A stretch of 64,000 nt of DNA from an uncultured Pseudomonadota bacterium (GTDB taxonomy: Bacteria > Oederibacteriota > Muellerivitia > Muellerivitales > Muellerivitaceae). Positions 41,514 through 51,290 of the stretch are shown here, in pieces (positions within the stretch are counted from its first letter, which is position 1; each line of letters opens with the position of its first letter). Below the pieces are notes generated by a model, which saw nothing but the letters and a program-made list of their open reading frames with translations, ran no database searches and was not told where the DNA came from. Made by a program: the position numbers and the translations under genes. The stretch spans positions 736,001 through 800,000 of the forward strand of contig CAWIIP010000004.1 of NCBI GenBank assembly GCA_963836235.1, in the 5' to 3' direction.

Positions 41514-41897
41514 ATGGCTTTCAATATCTTGATTGTGGACGATTCCAGCACCATGCGCGGTATGGTGAAAAAGGTACTGGGTATGACTCAATTGCCCCTT
41601 GGGGAAATGTGGGAGGCGGCCAACGGAAAGGAGGGGATTGAGAAAATGCGGAGTAATTGGGTTGACCTAGTGCTGGCGGATCTCAATATGCCCGACATGA
41701 CGGGGCAGGAAATGATCGATGAGATGAAAAAAGATTCCCTGCTCGCGACTTTACCGGTAGTGGTGGTGAGTTCGGAAGGGGATAAGGCGGTTTTGGACCA
41801 CTTGGCCCAAAAAGGAATAACGGAAATCGTGCGCAAACCTTTTGAGGCTTCCCTTCTTAGGCAAGTAATCGAAAGGGCCTTGGGGGCAACAGCATGA
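41514..41897 (+). CDS. cheY: CheY-like single-domain response regulator
   Basis: ILIVDDS, LADLNMPDMTG, VVSSEG, RKPF. Confidence 0.88.
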   Translation: MAFNILIVDDSSTMRGMVKKVLGMTQLPLGEMWEAANGKEGIEKMRSNWVDLVLADLNMPDMTGQEMIDEMKKDSLLATLPVVVVSSEGDKAVLDHLAQKGITEIVRKPFEASLLRQVIERALGATA

Positions 41898-42967
41898 AGG
41901 TTGTTCGTGTATTGATTGTGGACGACTCGGCGGTCGTGAGGTCCATTTTGGCCAAGCGGTTTACCGAGGCCGGTCTGGAAGTGGTGGGAGTGGCGGCCAA
42001 TCCCTATATTGCGAGGGACCTGATCCTTCTTAAAAAGCCCGACGTCCTGACACTCGATTTGGAAATGCCCCGGATGGATGGGTTGACCTTTCTGGATCGT
42101 CTGATGACCCATTACCCCATTCCCGTAATCGTTCTTTCCAGTTTGACGGAAGCCCGCAGTGAAATGGCCTTGCAGGCCCTGGAGTTAGGAGCGGTTGATG
42201 TTATCGCCAAACCTTCCAGGGGTGTGGCGGAAGGGCTAGAGGGCGACAGCTTAAAACGCCTGGTCGAGAGCGTTTACGCGGCGGGAGAGGCCCGGCCTCG
42301 GCGGAGGAGTTTGAAGATTCTAAAAGCCGATGGAGTGGGAAAGAGAAAAAATCCCATTGAAATCACCAGTGATAAAGTGGTCGCCATCGGAGCTTCCACG
42401 GGCGGAACGGAAGCCTTGGCCGAATTATTGGAATCCTTGCCGGCGGATAATCCGGGTGTTTTGGTCGTTCAGCACATGCCCCCTTATTTCACCAAAACTT
42501 TCGCGGAACGCTTGGACAAAAGTTGTTCCCTTCGGGTAAGGGAAGCGAGAAGCGGCGATGAAGTGAGGGATGGGACGGTCTTGATCGCTCCGGGTAATTT
42601 TCACATGATCCTCCGGCGAACGGGCGCCAAATACTTTGTGGAATGCCGCCAAGGACCTTTGGTACACCATGTGCGTCCCAGTGTAGACGTCCTTTTTCAT
42701 TCGACGGCTCAAGCCGCCGGCCCTAACGCAGTGGGCGTGATATTGACCGGCATGGGAAAGGACGGCGCCGAAGGGCTCTTGTCCATGCGGTTGGCCGGGG
42801 CGCCTACCTTGGCCCAAGACGAAGAATCCTGCGTGGTTTATGGAATGCCTAAGGAAGCCGTTGCGAGAGGAGCCGTCAAGGAAGTGATGCCGCTCAGTCA
42901 GATGGCCGAAGCCATCCAGTTGAAAATTAAAAAAATGATATCTTCCGCCGCGGCGGTTGAGAAATAA
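41894..42967 (+). CDS. cheB: Chemotaxis methylesterase CheB
   Basis: REC domain plus GASTGG, QHMP, RPSVDVLF, LTGMGKDGA. Confidence 0.96.
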   Translation: MKVVRVLIVDDSAVVRSILAKRFTEAGLEVVGVAANPYIARDLILLKKPDVLTLDLEMPRMDGLTFLDRLMTHYPIPVIVLSSLTEARSEMALQALELGAVDVIAKPSRGVAEGLEGDSLKRLVESVYAAGEARPRRRSLKILKADGVGKRKNPIEITSDKVVAIGASTGGTEALAELLESLPADNPGVLVVQHMPPYFTKTFAERLDKSCSLRVREARSGDEVRDGTVLIAPGNFHMILRRTGAKYFVECRQGPLVHHVRPSVDVLFHSTAQAAGPNAVGVILTGMGKDGAEGLLSMRLAGAPTLAQDEESCVVYGMPKEAVARGAVKEVMPLSQMAEAIQLKIKKMISSAAAVEK

Positions 42968-42977
42968 GAGGAAGCAA

Positions 42978-43403
42978 ATGGTGGATACGTCAAAAGGGTA
43001 TTATCTGGAATTGGAACAAAGGCTTTATTCGCTTCGCGGACATTTTGCCCTTTGCCAGGGATTGCGCGACGAGGAAACACTTGATTGGGCGAAGTTTTTT
43101 CTTACCTGGAGTCAAAAAGCTTCGAAGTGTTGCGATTCTTGGAGCGCCGAAAATCTCCGCGTTCTCGATAACCTCATCCTTGAACTGCAAAAGTCCAAGG
43201 GGAGTGTCACTGGTTATGAGGTTTTAGAAGGAATCATGGCCGTAGCTACGAATCATCTGAATCAAGAAATCTTGAAAAATTTGAGAGGTGGGGAAACGAA
43301 GAGCCCCATCCTTAAGCCTTTGGAAAAGAAAAGCTTGGTTTCGGTTGCGGACTCCCAGGGGTTCATCGATGACACCGATTCCCCTCAAAGCACAAGGCTT
43401 TAG
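42978..43403 (+). CDS. Hypothetical protein homologous to the CheA N-terminal extension
   Basis: GAGGA RBS. ELEQRLYSLRGHFALCQG..ETLDWAKFFLTW..MAVATNHLNQ aligns with CheA residues ~9-98. Confidence 0.65.
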   Translation: MVDTSKGYYLELEQRLYSLRGHFALCQGLRDEETLDWAKFFLTWSQKASKCCDSWSAENLRVLDNLILELQKSKGSVTGYEVLEGIMAVATNHLNQEILKNLRGGETKSPILKPLEKKSLVSVADSQGFIDDTDSPQSTRL

Positions 43404-43559
43404 CGGTCGAAAGCTTAAAAACTCCACGGATGTCTTTATTTACGTTTTTATTGAAGTTTCCTTGGTTTGAACTCGACTTATTGGAAATCAAAGACTGTTC
43501 TCTCCCTACGAGTTCTGTAAAATATCACGGCTATCATCCGAAAGTAATTGGGGGCTACC

Positions 43560-44300
43560 GTGCCAGGACCGCTAAAAGCCACAACATCTTTTAAATCTTT
43601 TACCTTATCCATTGATATCGGAGGCACGGGGCTAAAGGCTTCGGTACTGGATGCCCAAGGAAAGATGGTGGTCGATCGGGTCAGGATTGATACACCTTAT
43701 CCCTGTCCGCCAAAAGTGCTGGTGGTGGCACTGGCCCAATTGGTGGAAAACCTTCCGTCGTTCGACCGGGTTTCGATTGGGTTTCCGGGCGTGGTTAGGG
43801 AAGGCAAGATCATTACCGCTCCCCATTTTGGGAACGATGTTTGGCGAGGTTTTCCACTAGCCAAGACCCTCGCTGATAAATGGGGAAAACCGGTCCGCAT
43901 TTTAAATGACGCGGACATGCAAGGGACGGCGGTTGTTCAAGGCAAGGGATTGGAATTGGTGGTGACTTTGGGAACCGGAGTGGGAACGGCTCTGTTTCGT
44001 AATGGCGAATTGATGCAACGCATGGAATTGGCCCAACACCCAGCTTGGGAGAATAAGACTTATAACGAATATATTGGCGATAAGGTTTTGAAGAAAAAAG
44101 GCAAAAAGAAGTGGAACAAGCGGGTGGAGCATGCTTTGGAGCTTTTAAATACTCTCCTCAATCCCGATAAGGTTTACATTGGTGGTGGAAATGCTCAAAA
44201 CATCTCATTCAAACTCGATAAAAACACCAAGCTGGTTTCCAATGAGGCTGGTATCCTCGGAGGCATCACTTTGTGGAATCAGGCGGAAAACTCCCTTTGA
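43560..44300 (+). CDS. ppgK: ROK-family kinase, polyphosphate glucokinase-like
   Basis: SIDIGGTGLKA, IGFPGVV, LNDADMQG, TLGTGVG, MELAQH, basic KKKGKKKWNKRV segment, no Zn-Cys cluster. Confidence 0.7.
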   Translation: MPGPLKATTSFKSFTLSIDIGGTGLKASVLDAQGKMVVDRVRIDTPYPCPPKVLVVALAQLVENLPSFDRVSIGFPGVVREGKIITAPHFGNDVWRGFPLAKTLADKWGKPVRILNDADMQGTAVVQGKGLELVVTLGTGVGTALFRNGELMQRMELAQHPAWENKTYNEYIGDKVLKKKGKKKWNKRVEHALELLNTLLNPDKVYIGGGNAQNISFKLDKNTKLVSNEAGILGGITLWNQAENSL

Positions 44301-44323
44301 AGTTTTCAAAAGGGAATGGATTA

Positions 44324-45625
44324 ATGGCCGTATTCGCTCGGCGATGGGTTCTGGCGCTTTGCTTGGGGATGGCTCTGGGATGGGTGACGGGATGCAGCTT
44401 TAAACCCAAGGATATGTCCCACACTCTAGTGCTTTCCTGTTGGGGGGACACGGACGAATATACGATTCTGATTGGCCTAGTGAAAATTTTTGAGGCCCAA
44501 AATCCCGGTTGGCAGGTTGAAATCCAAAGAACCCCTTATAACGACTACATTACGAAGCTCCTGACCCAGTCGGCGGGTGGTTTTTTGCCGGATGTCCTTT
44601 TTATGGGGGTTGATGAAGCCCTGCAGTTTTATCCCCGTGGATTGTTGGAACCCTTGGACGCTTATATGGCGGAGGATAAAGATTTTCATCTGGAAGATTA
44701 TTATCCCCAATCGCTCGAACCTTTCCACTTTAATGGAAAACTTTACGTTTTGCCCCGGGACTTCGGAACCATTTCAGTGGTCTATTACAACCAGGACCTT
44801 TTTCAACAGGCTGGACTGGTTTTTCCAAAGGATGATTGGACCTGGGATGATCTATTGGCCGACGCCAAGGTTTTAACTAAAAAAGACACATCGGGGAAGA
44901 CGATTTGTTGGGGTTTCATGGATGACTGGGTGAACGAGGATCCTTGGGTATATTCCATGGGGGCCTATTGGGTGGACGACTACCGGAAACCCACCCGTTG
45001 GAAGTTTAATGATCCGAATCTAATCCAAGGAATCCAATACCGGGCGGATCTAACGGTTAAATACCATGTGTCCCCATCGAACGCCGACCGAACACAGATG
45101 GGTGGCACCAGCGCGGCGGATTTCTTCCTGAACGGCCAAGCCGCCATGTTTTTCTCGGGAATTTGGAAGACCCCTTATCTACGCCAGGGAAAGAAATTTA
45201 AATGGAATGTAGCTATGTTTCCCAAGGGACCCACGGGCAAACGTGGATTCTGGTTGGGGAGCGCCTGTTATGGACTTTCTTCATCCTCGAAACACAAGGA
45301 AATGGGGTGGAAACTCATCCGATTCTTGACGGGAGAGGAGGCTGAAAAGACTTTCGCGGCCACGGGTTTCGCAGTTCCTGCCCTGCGAGGGGTAGCCGAA
45401 TCGAAGGTTTTTCTGGACGATCAACCGCCCTTGAATAAGGGAATGGTTTTAAAGTCGATTCTTTATGGCATTTGGTATCCGTTTGCCACCAATTGGATTG
45501 AAGTTAGGGATGGAATTATCCGACCCGAATTGGACCGGGTATGGGCGGGTGAGGAAACGGCTGCCCAAGCCTGTTCAAAACTTCAAAAGGTTCTTCAGAC
45601 TCATTCGTTGCGAGGGATAAACTGA
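44324..45625 (+). CDS. Sugar ABC transporter substrate-binding lipoprotein, paralog of 6673-7977
   Basis: Lipobox VTGC, PYNDYITKLLTQ, LPRD, PKDDW, FPKGPTG. Confidence 0.9.
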   Translation: MAVFARRWVLALCLGMALGWVTGCSFKPKDMSHTLVLSCWGDTDEYTILIGLVKIFEAQNPGWQVEIQRTPYNDYITKLLTQSAGGFLPDVLFMGVDEALQFYPRGLLEPLDAYMAEDKDFHLEDYYPQSLEPFHFNGKLYVLPRDFGTISVVYYNQDLFQQAGLVFPKDDWTWDDLLADAKVLTKKDTSGKTICWGFMDDWVNEDPWVYSMGAYWVDDYRKPTRWKFNDPNLIQGIQYRADLTVKYHVSPSNADRTQMGGTSAADFFLNGQAAMFFSGIWKTPYLRQGKKFKWNVAMFPKGPTGKRGFWLGSACYGLSSSSKHKEMGWKLIRFLTGEEAEKTFAATGFAVPALRGVAESKVFLDDQPPLNKGMVLKSILYGIWYPFATNWIEVRDGIIRPELDRVWAGEETAAQACSKLQKVLQTHSLRGIN

Positions 45626-45665
45626 AAGAAACGGGACATTGAATTCAAAAATTTAAGGAGATTCC

Positions 45666-46628
45666 ATGCCTATTCTCGACATGCCGTTGGAAAAATTAAA
45701 AACCTATAAGGGGATAAATCCAAGACCAAAGGATTTTGATTCTTATTGGCAGAAAGCACTTAGGGAAATGCGGTCGGTTGATCCTGACGTTAAAATCGCG
45801 CCGAATAAAACCATTCGGGTGTCCTATGCGGACTGTTTTGATCTTTACTGGACGGGAGTCGGTGGAGCTCGTATTTACGCTAAACTCCTGCGGCCAAAGA
45901 AGATGGCAAGACCTCATCCGGCCATCCTGGCTTTCCACGGTTATAGCATGTCCGCTGGTGACTGGAGTGACAAGCTGGCTTATGTGGCCGAGGGTTTTAC
46001 GGTGGCCTCCATGGATTGTCGGGGCCAAGGGGGATATTCGGAAGAAGTCGGCGGGGTCAAGGGAACCACCCTGCGCGGTCATATCATCCGCGGGCTGGAC
46101 GACAAGCCGGAGGCTTTGCTCTTCCGGCAGGTTTACTTGGATACGGCCCAATTGGCACAAATCGTCATGGGCCTCCCCGGCGTGGACAAAAACCGGGTCG
46201 GTGCCATGGGCGCCAGCCAGGGTGGTGGACTGACCCTGGCCTGTGCGGCTTTAGAACCTCGAATCAAACGTATCGCTCCCTGTTATCCTTTCCTTTCAGA
46301 TTACAAAAGAGTTTGGGACATGGACTTAGCAAAGGATGCCTACGAGGAATTACGATACTACTTCCGTAGTTTCGACCCTTTTCACGAACGAGAAAAGGAA
46401 ATCTTCACCCGACTAGGTTATATCGACGTCCAGCACTTGGCGCCCCGAATCAAGGCCGAGACGCTCATGGCTATTACACTGATGGACTCCATCTGTCCAC
46501 CCTCCACCCAGTTCGCGGCCTACAACAAGATCAAGGTCAAGAAACGAGCGGCCCTCTACCCGGATTATGGCCATGAACATTTAAGAGAATGGGGGGATAG
46601 GACCTTCCAGTTCATGACAGGATTGTAA
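45666..46628 (+). CDS. Acetylxylan esterase / cephalosporin-C deacetylase (CE7)
   Basis: FHGY, DCRGQGG, GASQGG, DSICPPSTQFAAYN, YGHE. Confidence 0.93.
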   Translation: MPILDMPLEKLKTYKGINPRPKDFDSYWQKALREMRSVDPDVKIAPNKTIRVSYADCFDLYWTGVGGARIYAKLLRPKKMARPHPAILAFHGYSMSAGDWSDKLAYVAEGFTVASMDCRGQGGYSEEVGGVKGTTLRGHIIRGLDDKPEALLFRQVYLDTAQLAQIVMGLPGVDKNRVGAMGASQGGGLTLACAALEPRIKRIAPCYPFLSDYKRVWDMDLAKDAYEELRYYFRSFDPFHEREKEIFTRLGYIDVQHLAPRIKAETLMAITLMDSICPPSTQFAAYNKIKVKKRAALYPDYGHEHLREWGDRTFQFMTGL

Positions 46629-46637
46629 TGGCCAACC

Positions 46638-47417
46638 ATGCGTGATTGTTTTCTCTGCGGTTCGAAGAGTGAACTTTATGTCTGGGTAGGTGCCTACGAT
46701 TATCTGAAGTGTCAGGGGTGCGGCCTGATTTACGTGAGTTCCATTGAACCATCCGATAAGCTCTACGGGTCATACGATGGCGGTTTTTTAAAATCCTTGC
46801 GGCGAAAACTATTCATGCCTTTTAGAAGTTTCGAAGGGGCCAGCCATTTCAAACTATCGATGGAGCGGGCCAATCGGATCTTCAATCGGGTACTTTCTCT
46901 TGTTGCTGGGCAAAGTCCAGAACCGGTATTTTTAGATATAGGTTGTAACAAGGGGTTTTTATTGGCCGTCGCCCTTTCCCACGGTTGGAGGGTTTTTGGT
47001 GTTGAATTGGTCCCTGAATTAATCCTTCCTTTCAAACGCCGCTATCCAAGTTCAGCCGGAAGCATGATCTCCCATAGTTTTATTGAGGCCCAAGAGGGGA
47101 TGAAGGATGGGATGTTTGACGCCATCACCGCAATAGACGTTATCGAACATTTTGAAGAACCACTCCGTGATATGCGCCATATTTTTAGGGTCTTGAAGCC
47201 AGGCGGGGTTCTTTTGCTTCAAACGCCAGATACGGAAAATCTCAAGGTGGCCCAATTAAAAGAGCGATGGGGGGCCTTAAAGCCAAGGGAACATCTGCAT
47301 TTGTTCAATCGAAAAAATCTAACTCTTTTCGCTGAAAAACTTGGGTTCAAAGATGTTGAACTTTTTGATGCTTTTGATCGTGAGGATGGCAACTTCGTGG
47401 TGGCTTTAAGGAAATAG
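46638..47417 (+). CDS. Class I SAM-dependent methyltransferase with N-terminal Zn ribbon
   Basis: CxxC..CxxC, FLDIGCNKGFLL, DVIEH, LKPGG, EHLHLF. Confidence 0.88.
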   Translation: MRDCFLCGSKSELYVWVGAYDYLKCQGCGLIYVSSIEPSDKLYGSYDGGFLKSLRRKLFMPFRSFEGASHFKLSMERANRIFNRVLSLVAGQSPEPVFLDIGCNKGFLLAVALSHGWRVFGVELVPELILPFKRRYPSSAGSMISHSFIEAQEGMKDGMFDAITAIDVIEHFEEPLRDMRHIFRVLKPGGVLLLQTPDTENLKVAQLKERWGALKPREHLHLFNRKNLTLFAEKLGFKDVELFDAFDREDGNFVVALRK

Positions 47418-47424
47418 GCCTTCG

Positions 47425-48393
47425 TTATCGGTTTTTCTCAATAAATTCCCACATATCCAAAGGTAGTTTAGCTTCGAAAGTGATCTGGGTTCCATTAACT
47501 GGATGGGCTAAGGATAGCTTGCCGGCATGCAAGAGTTGACGGGATGTTTCCAGATGACCGGTAAAGGCCGGGTCGCCCCCCGCCTTAACATGATGAATAA
47601 ATTCCAAAAACTGCTCATCCGTACGTCCATAAAGCTTGTCGCCGACAATGGGATGTCCAATGGAATCTAAATGCACCCGTATTTGATTGGTGCGGCCTGT
47701 TTTAGGCCAGCATCGAAAAAGAGAGTAGCCTTTCAAATCTTCGAGCTTTTCGAAGCTAGTGAAAGAAGGCTTTGAATAAGGTGTATTCTCTGAAACGACC
47801 TTTTGACGGACAGAAATCGCGCTCGTCAAATCCTTCCCGATGGCTCCATTGACCTCAAACCGTTCTTTTTCCGGCCGGCCTTTCACGACGGCCTGGTATT
47901 CCTTTTTCACCTGGCCTTGTTCAAATTGGTGAACGAGGTTTAAGTGGGCTTCCTTATTTTTTGCCACCACCATCAATCCGCTGGTTTCCCGGTCCAGCCG
48001 GTGGACCAGACGGACGTCACCTTTCCACCCTTTTTTTCGTAGTTCTTCCGTGATGAGATAAATAAAGGTGTTTTTAATAAAATTACCATCCGCATGGGAG
48101 GGAAGTTGGCCTGGCTTTGAGGCCACTAAAAAGGAATCCTCTTCGTAGAGAACTTGGATATTTCGGTCCACGGGCGGTTCCTTCAGGATGACCGAATAAG
48201 CGACCCGGTCCCCTTTTTTAAGGGGAAGTCCAGGATTCACAACTTTTCCTTCAACGGTAACTTTGCCGGAACGGATTAGAGACTCCCAGGTTTCCTTGGT
48301 TTGATAACGGAAACGTTTGGAGAGATAGTCTGAGAGGGAATGGCCGGCTAGATTTAGGGGAACTTTGGATTGAAGAATGGTTTCTTCCGGCAT
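47425..48393 (-). CDS. RluA/RluD-family pseudouridine synthase with S4 domain
   Basis: SKPGQLPSH, VHRLDRETSG, TGRTNQIRVH, HPIVGDKLYG, QLLHA. Confidence 0.93.
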   Translation of the reverse strand: MPEETILQSKVPLNLAGHSLSDYLSKRFRYQTKETWESLIRSGKVTVEGKVVNPGLPLKKGDRVAYSVILKEPPVDRNIQVLYEEDSFLVASKPGQLPSHADGNFIKNTFIYLITEELRKKGWKGDVRLVHRLDRETSGLMVVAKNKEAHLNLVHQFEQGQVKKEYQAVVKGRPEKERFEVNGAIGKDLTSAISVRQKVVSENTPYSKPSFTSFEKLEDLKGYSLFRCWPKTGRTNQIRVHLDSIGHPIVGDKLYGRTDEQFLEFIHHVKAGGDPAFTGHLETSRQLLHAGKLSLAHPVNGTQITFEAKLPLDMWEFIEKNR

Positions 48394-48449
48394 TTCGACC
48401 TTTCAGCGGGGTGACTGAAAACAAGACTATTCTGAGGTAAGCTAGGCCC

Positions 48450-49181
48450 ATGAACAACAAACTTTTTGCGGTTCTTGTGGGACTGATCCTCCTGCCTTTT
48501 TTTGGATGGATGTATGAAGACTGGAAAAGCGATTCTGACGCCATTACTGAAAACGGGATACATCGGGACTTATTGATAAATAGCAATGGTGGAGAAGGAT
48601 CGGCGGAAATCCAATACATTTTTCATTTTCCTGATCCGGTTTACTCCCATTCCTTGTCCACGAGTCAAATTGAAGCCTTGAGTCGAAGCGGGGGTGAAGC
48701 GGAGCATTATCATGTTGATGGTCTGACACAAGCGGATTACTCGATGAATACTCGCTATGAAGTTAGCTGGTCTAAAAAGTGGTTTAAGTCCGAATATACG
48801 ATGTGGGTCGAGAATTTACGGGTGGAATTCACCTATAACACGTTGAATGTGTTTGTAACCAGTGAATATCCGAAAGAAAGTTGCGAATATCAGGCCACAT
48901 TGAACCACGAGAACCAACATGTAGCCATCCACCGTCAGATGTATGATCAATATCGGAAAATTTTCGAAGAAAAACTGGGACAAGCCACGAATATTCCGTT
49001 GTCGACCCATTCAATCACGGCGCCTTCGGTGGAGGAGGGGAAGATCCGTATTGGTCAAATAATCTCGGCGGTTTTAGATCCAATCTTCGACCAATTTAAG
49101 GAGAATCTGCAGGTCGAACAAGGTAAATTGGATACCCCTGAAAGCTATGCGGAACTAAAGGCAAAGTGCCAGCATTGGTAA
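48450..49181 (+). CDS. Membrane-anchored/secreted protein with HExxH motif (DUF922-like putative Zn peptidase)
   Basis: N-terminal hydrophobic segment, GLT motif, CEYQATLNHENQHV. Confidence 0.55.
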   Translation: MNNKLFAVLVGLILLPFFGWMYEDWKSDSDAITENGIHRDLLINSNGGEGSAEIQYIFHFPDPVYSHSLSTSQIEALSRSGGEAEHYHVDGLTQADYSMNTRYEVSWSKKWFKSEYTMWVENLRVEFTYNTLNVFVTSEYPKESCEYQATLNHENQHVAIHRQMYDQYRKIFEEKLGQATNIPLSTHSITAPSVEEGKIRIGQIISAVLDPIFDQFKENLQVEQGKLDTPESYAELKAKCQHW

Positions 49182-49194
49182 CGAAAGCTCCGAT

Positions 49195-49896
49195 TTAGGT
49201 CGCCGCCATTTTCTTAGTGTAGCGGTTCAAAACGGGTGCGGCATCTTTGAGATGCACCAAGATATCACCCATTTTCCAGGATCGGTTGTAATGGGCTTGG
49301 GTGCGGCGGGTTAGGATGGCGGCCCTTAAATCCTCCGGCGATGTCCCTTCGAATTCCGTATATCCCATTCCGATAAAGCGTGAGTTGTGCGCGTCACTGC
49401 AACCGATTGGTGCCAGCCGATGATGGCTCATGATCTTTTGGGCTTTTTTGTTGCTCCAAAATGAAAGAGCATCGCCATGGTTGATGGTCTCAATGCCGTC
49501 AAAGGGTATATCGGAAAGGATTTCGACAGCCTTAGGATGATCCGACTGCTTGCCGGTGTACATGTGGAAAGGATGGGCCAAAACGGCCAAACCGCCTTGT
49601 TGATGGATCAAATCCACTGTTCGTTTGGCCGACAAGCGGGCCGGAACGAATTTTTCAAGGAAAAGCCCGATGACGTGGCCGTTCAAGGTGCTGACTTCTT
49701 CCCCAAGGATCACTCGCACGTTAAGGTCGGGACGACGGAGTGAGTATTCTTTGGCCCGGAGAGCTCCTTCCATGGTGTCGTGGTCAGTAACAGCGATAAT
49801 TTGGAGACCGGCTTTTGAAGCGGCTTTTACCACTTGGCGTGGGGCATGAAGCCCATCGGAGAAGTCGGTGTGGAGGTGTAAGTCAGCTTTAGCCAT
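49195..49896 (-). CDS. PHP-domain phosphoesterase
   Basis: DLHLHTDFSDG, AVTDHD, GEEVST, AHPF, SDAH. Confidence 0.9.
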   Translation of the reverse strand: MAKADLHLHTDFSDGLHAPRQVVKAASKAGLQIIAVTDHDTMEGALRAKEYSLRRPDLNVRVILGEEVSTLNGHVIGLFLEKFVPARLSAKRTVDLIHQQGGLAVLAHPFHMYTGKQSDHPKAVEILSDIPFDGIETINHGDALSFWSNKKAQKIMSHHRLAPIGCSDAHNSRFIGMGYTEFEGTSPEDLRAAILTRRTQAHYNRSWKMGDILVHLKDAAPVLNRYTKKMAAT

Positions 49897-49944
49897 TCCG
49901 GAAGTAAATCATAAAACGGGTTTGTAAGCGGTTCATCAAGGGCT

Positions 49945-49962
49945 AGTTACATTTTGGTTAAC
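49945..49962 (-). promoter_or_regulatory. Putative Pho box upstream of the PHP gene
   Basis: Minus strand GTTAACC-AAAA-TGTAACT, 11-bp period. Confidence 0.5.
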
Positions 49963-49973
49963 AATAAATGGTT

Positions 49974-50372
49974 TTAGATAAGCAAACTTTCTGGAACGAG
50001 GGGTCTAATTGTTCGCCCCAAGTGTTCATTTAGTTTCTTTTTGATCTTTTCCGTGGAACAGGGTTTGGAGAAAATCATATCGACATCCCAATTAAAGCAA
50101 TCTTCCAGGTGACGTAGGGAGGTAATTTGGGTTAAAGCGAGAATAGGAAGGTGCGATCCGTTTGGAAAGGAACGAACTTGCCGGACAAAATCTATCGATT
50201 TGAGTTCGGCGGTAGTGGGATCCAATAAGAGCGCGGAAGGCTGGTAAAGTTTGAAGAGTTCCATCGCCTGGGCTCCCCGACTGCAGTTAAGGATTCGGTA
50301 TTCATTGGAAAGACCTTCGTTTAATTCACACATTTGACGAATGTCCGAATCGATGATCATTATCTTTTGCAT
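49974..50372 (-). CDS. Single-domain response regulator (atypical receiver)
   Basis: KIMIIDSD, LLLDP, ILALT, SKP, with AGGAAGGAG RBS upstream of ATG 50372. Confidence 0.7.
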   Translation of the reverse strand: MQKIMIIDSDIRQMCELNEGLSNEYRILNCSRGAQAMELFKLYQPSALLLDPTTAELKSIDFVRQVRSFPNGSHLPILALTQITSLRHLEDCFNWDVDMIFSKPCSTEKIKKKLNEHLGRTIRPLVPESLLI

Positions 50373-50483
50373 CTTCACTACTCCTTCCTGTTTGGACGTC
50401 ACGATAGACATACGAAGTCCAGATTTTTTAAAGAGGGGGTAAATTAGGAGTAAAATCAAATCTGACTTTCCTATGTAAATTGG

Positions 50484-50501
50484 TTTAACAAGCTTTTAAC
50501 A
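50484..50501 (+). promoter_or_regulatory. Pho box upstream of phoB
   Basis: TTTAACA-AGCT-TTTAACA, perfect direct repeat with 11-bp period. Confidence 0.7.
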
Positions 50502-50559
50502 TGGGCTTTGAAAGGCTTAGCTATAATCCCCGAAATATGAAGAAGTTCCTGGAGAAGGC

Positions 50560-51243
50560 ATGAAACAAATTTTTGTGGTTGAGGATGAAAAAGACCTGGT
50601 CGAACTGCTCACCTATAACTTGGAAAAAGACGGCTACCGTGTTCTTTCGGAAATGGACGGCGAGGCCGCCCTGAAGAAAATCCCGGATAAGATGCCGGAT
50701 TTGGTGTTGTTGGATTTGATGCTGCCCAAGATCGACGGTCTTACCGTTTGCAAAACTTTGAAATCCAATCCCAAGACCAGCCACATTCCCGTGGTTATGT
50801 TGACGGCCAAGGGCGAAGAGTCGGATAAGATCGTGGGACTGGAACTAGGCGCAGACGATTATGTTACCAAGCCTTTCTCGGTAAAGGAATTGTTGGCCCG
50901 TGTTCGGGCAGTTTTAAGGCGATTCAGCAAGGCGCAAGAAGGGGAGGCGGTTCAGAAATTCAAGGACCTGACCTTAAATCGGGTCAAACACGAGGTTGTT
51001 TTAAAGAGCCAAAAACTTGATTTAACGGCAAAGGAATTCGAGCTTTTGGATTATTTCTTGACCCATTCAGGCCGGGTTCTGTCTCGGGATGTTCTTTTGA
51101 ACAATGTTTGGGGTTATGATTATTTCGGTACAACCCGCACGGTGGATGTCCACGTGAGGCGCCTCCGAGAAAAGCTTGGAGCTTACGAAAAACACATCCA
51201 GACGGTCAAGGGTTACGGCTATCTTTTTAAAGAAGAAGCCTGA
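50560..51243 (+). CDS. phoB: PhoB/PhoP OmpR-family response regulator
   Basis: REC plus winged helix (LTAKEFELL, VWGYDYFGTTRTVDVHVRRLREKL), Pho-regulon context. Confidence 0.9.
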   Translation: MKQIFVVEDEKDLVELLTYNLEKDGYRVLSEMDGEAALKKIPDKMPDLVLLDLMLPKIDGLTVCKTLKSNPKTSHIPVVMLTAKGEESDKIVGLELGADDYVTKPFSVKELLARVRAVLRRFSKAQEGEAVQKFKDLTLNRVKHEVVLKSQKLDLTAKEFELLDYFLTHSGRVLSRDVLLNNVWGYDYFGTTRTVDVHVRRLREKLGAYEKHIQTVKGYGYLFKEEA

Positions 51244-51290
51244 CGGCCATTTGCCGTTAGCTTTCCATTACCATACTAGCCAAGGTTCAA

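Noticed and set aside
49923-49936. Second LacI/cre-like site TGTAAGCGGTTCAT
   Set aside because: The right half-site deviates at three positions and the context is not sugar-related.
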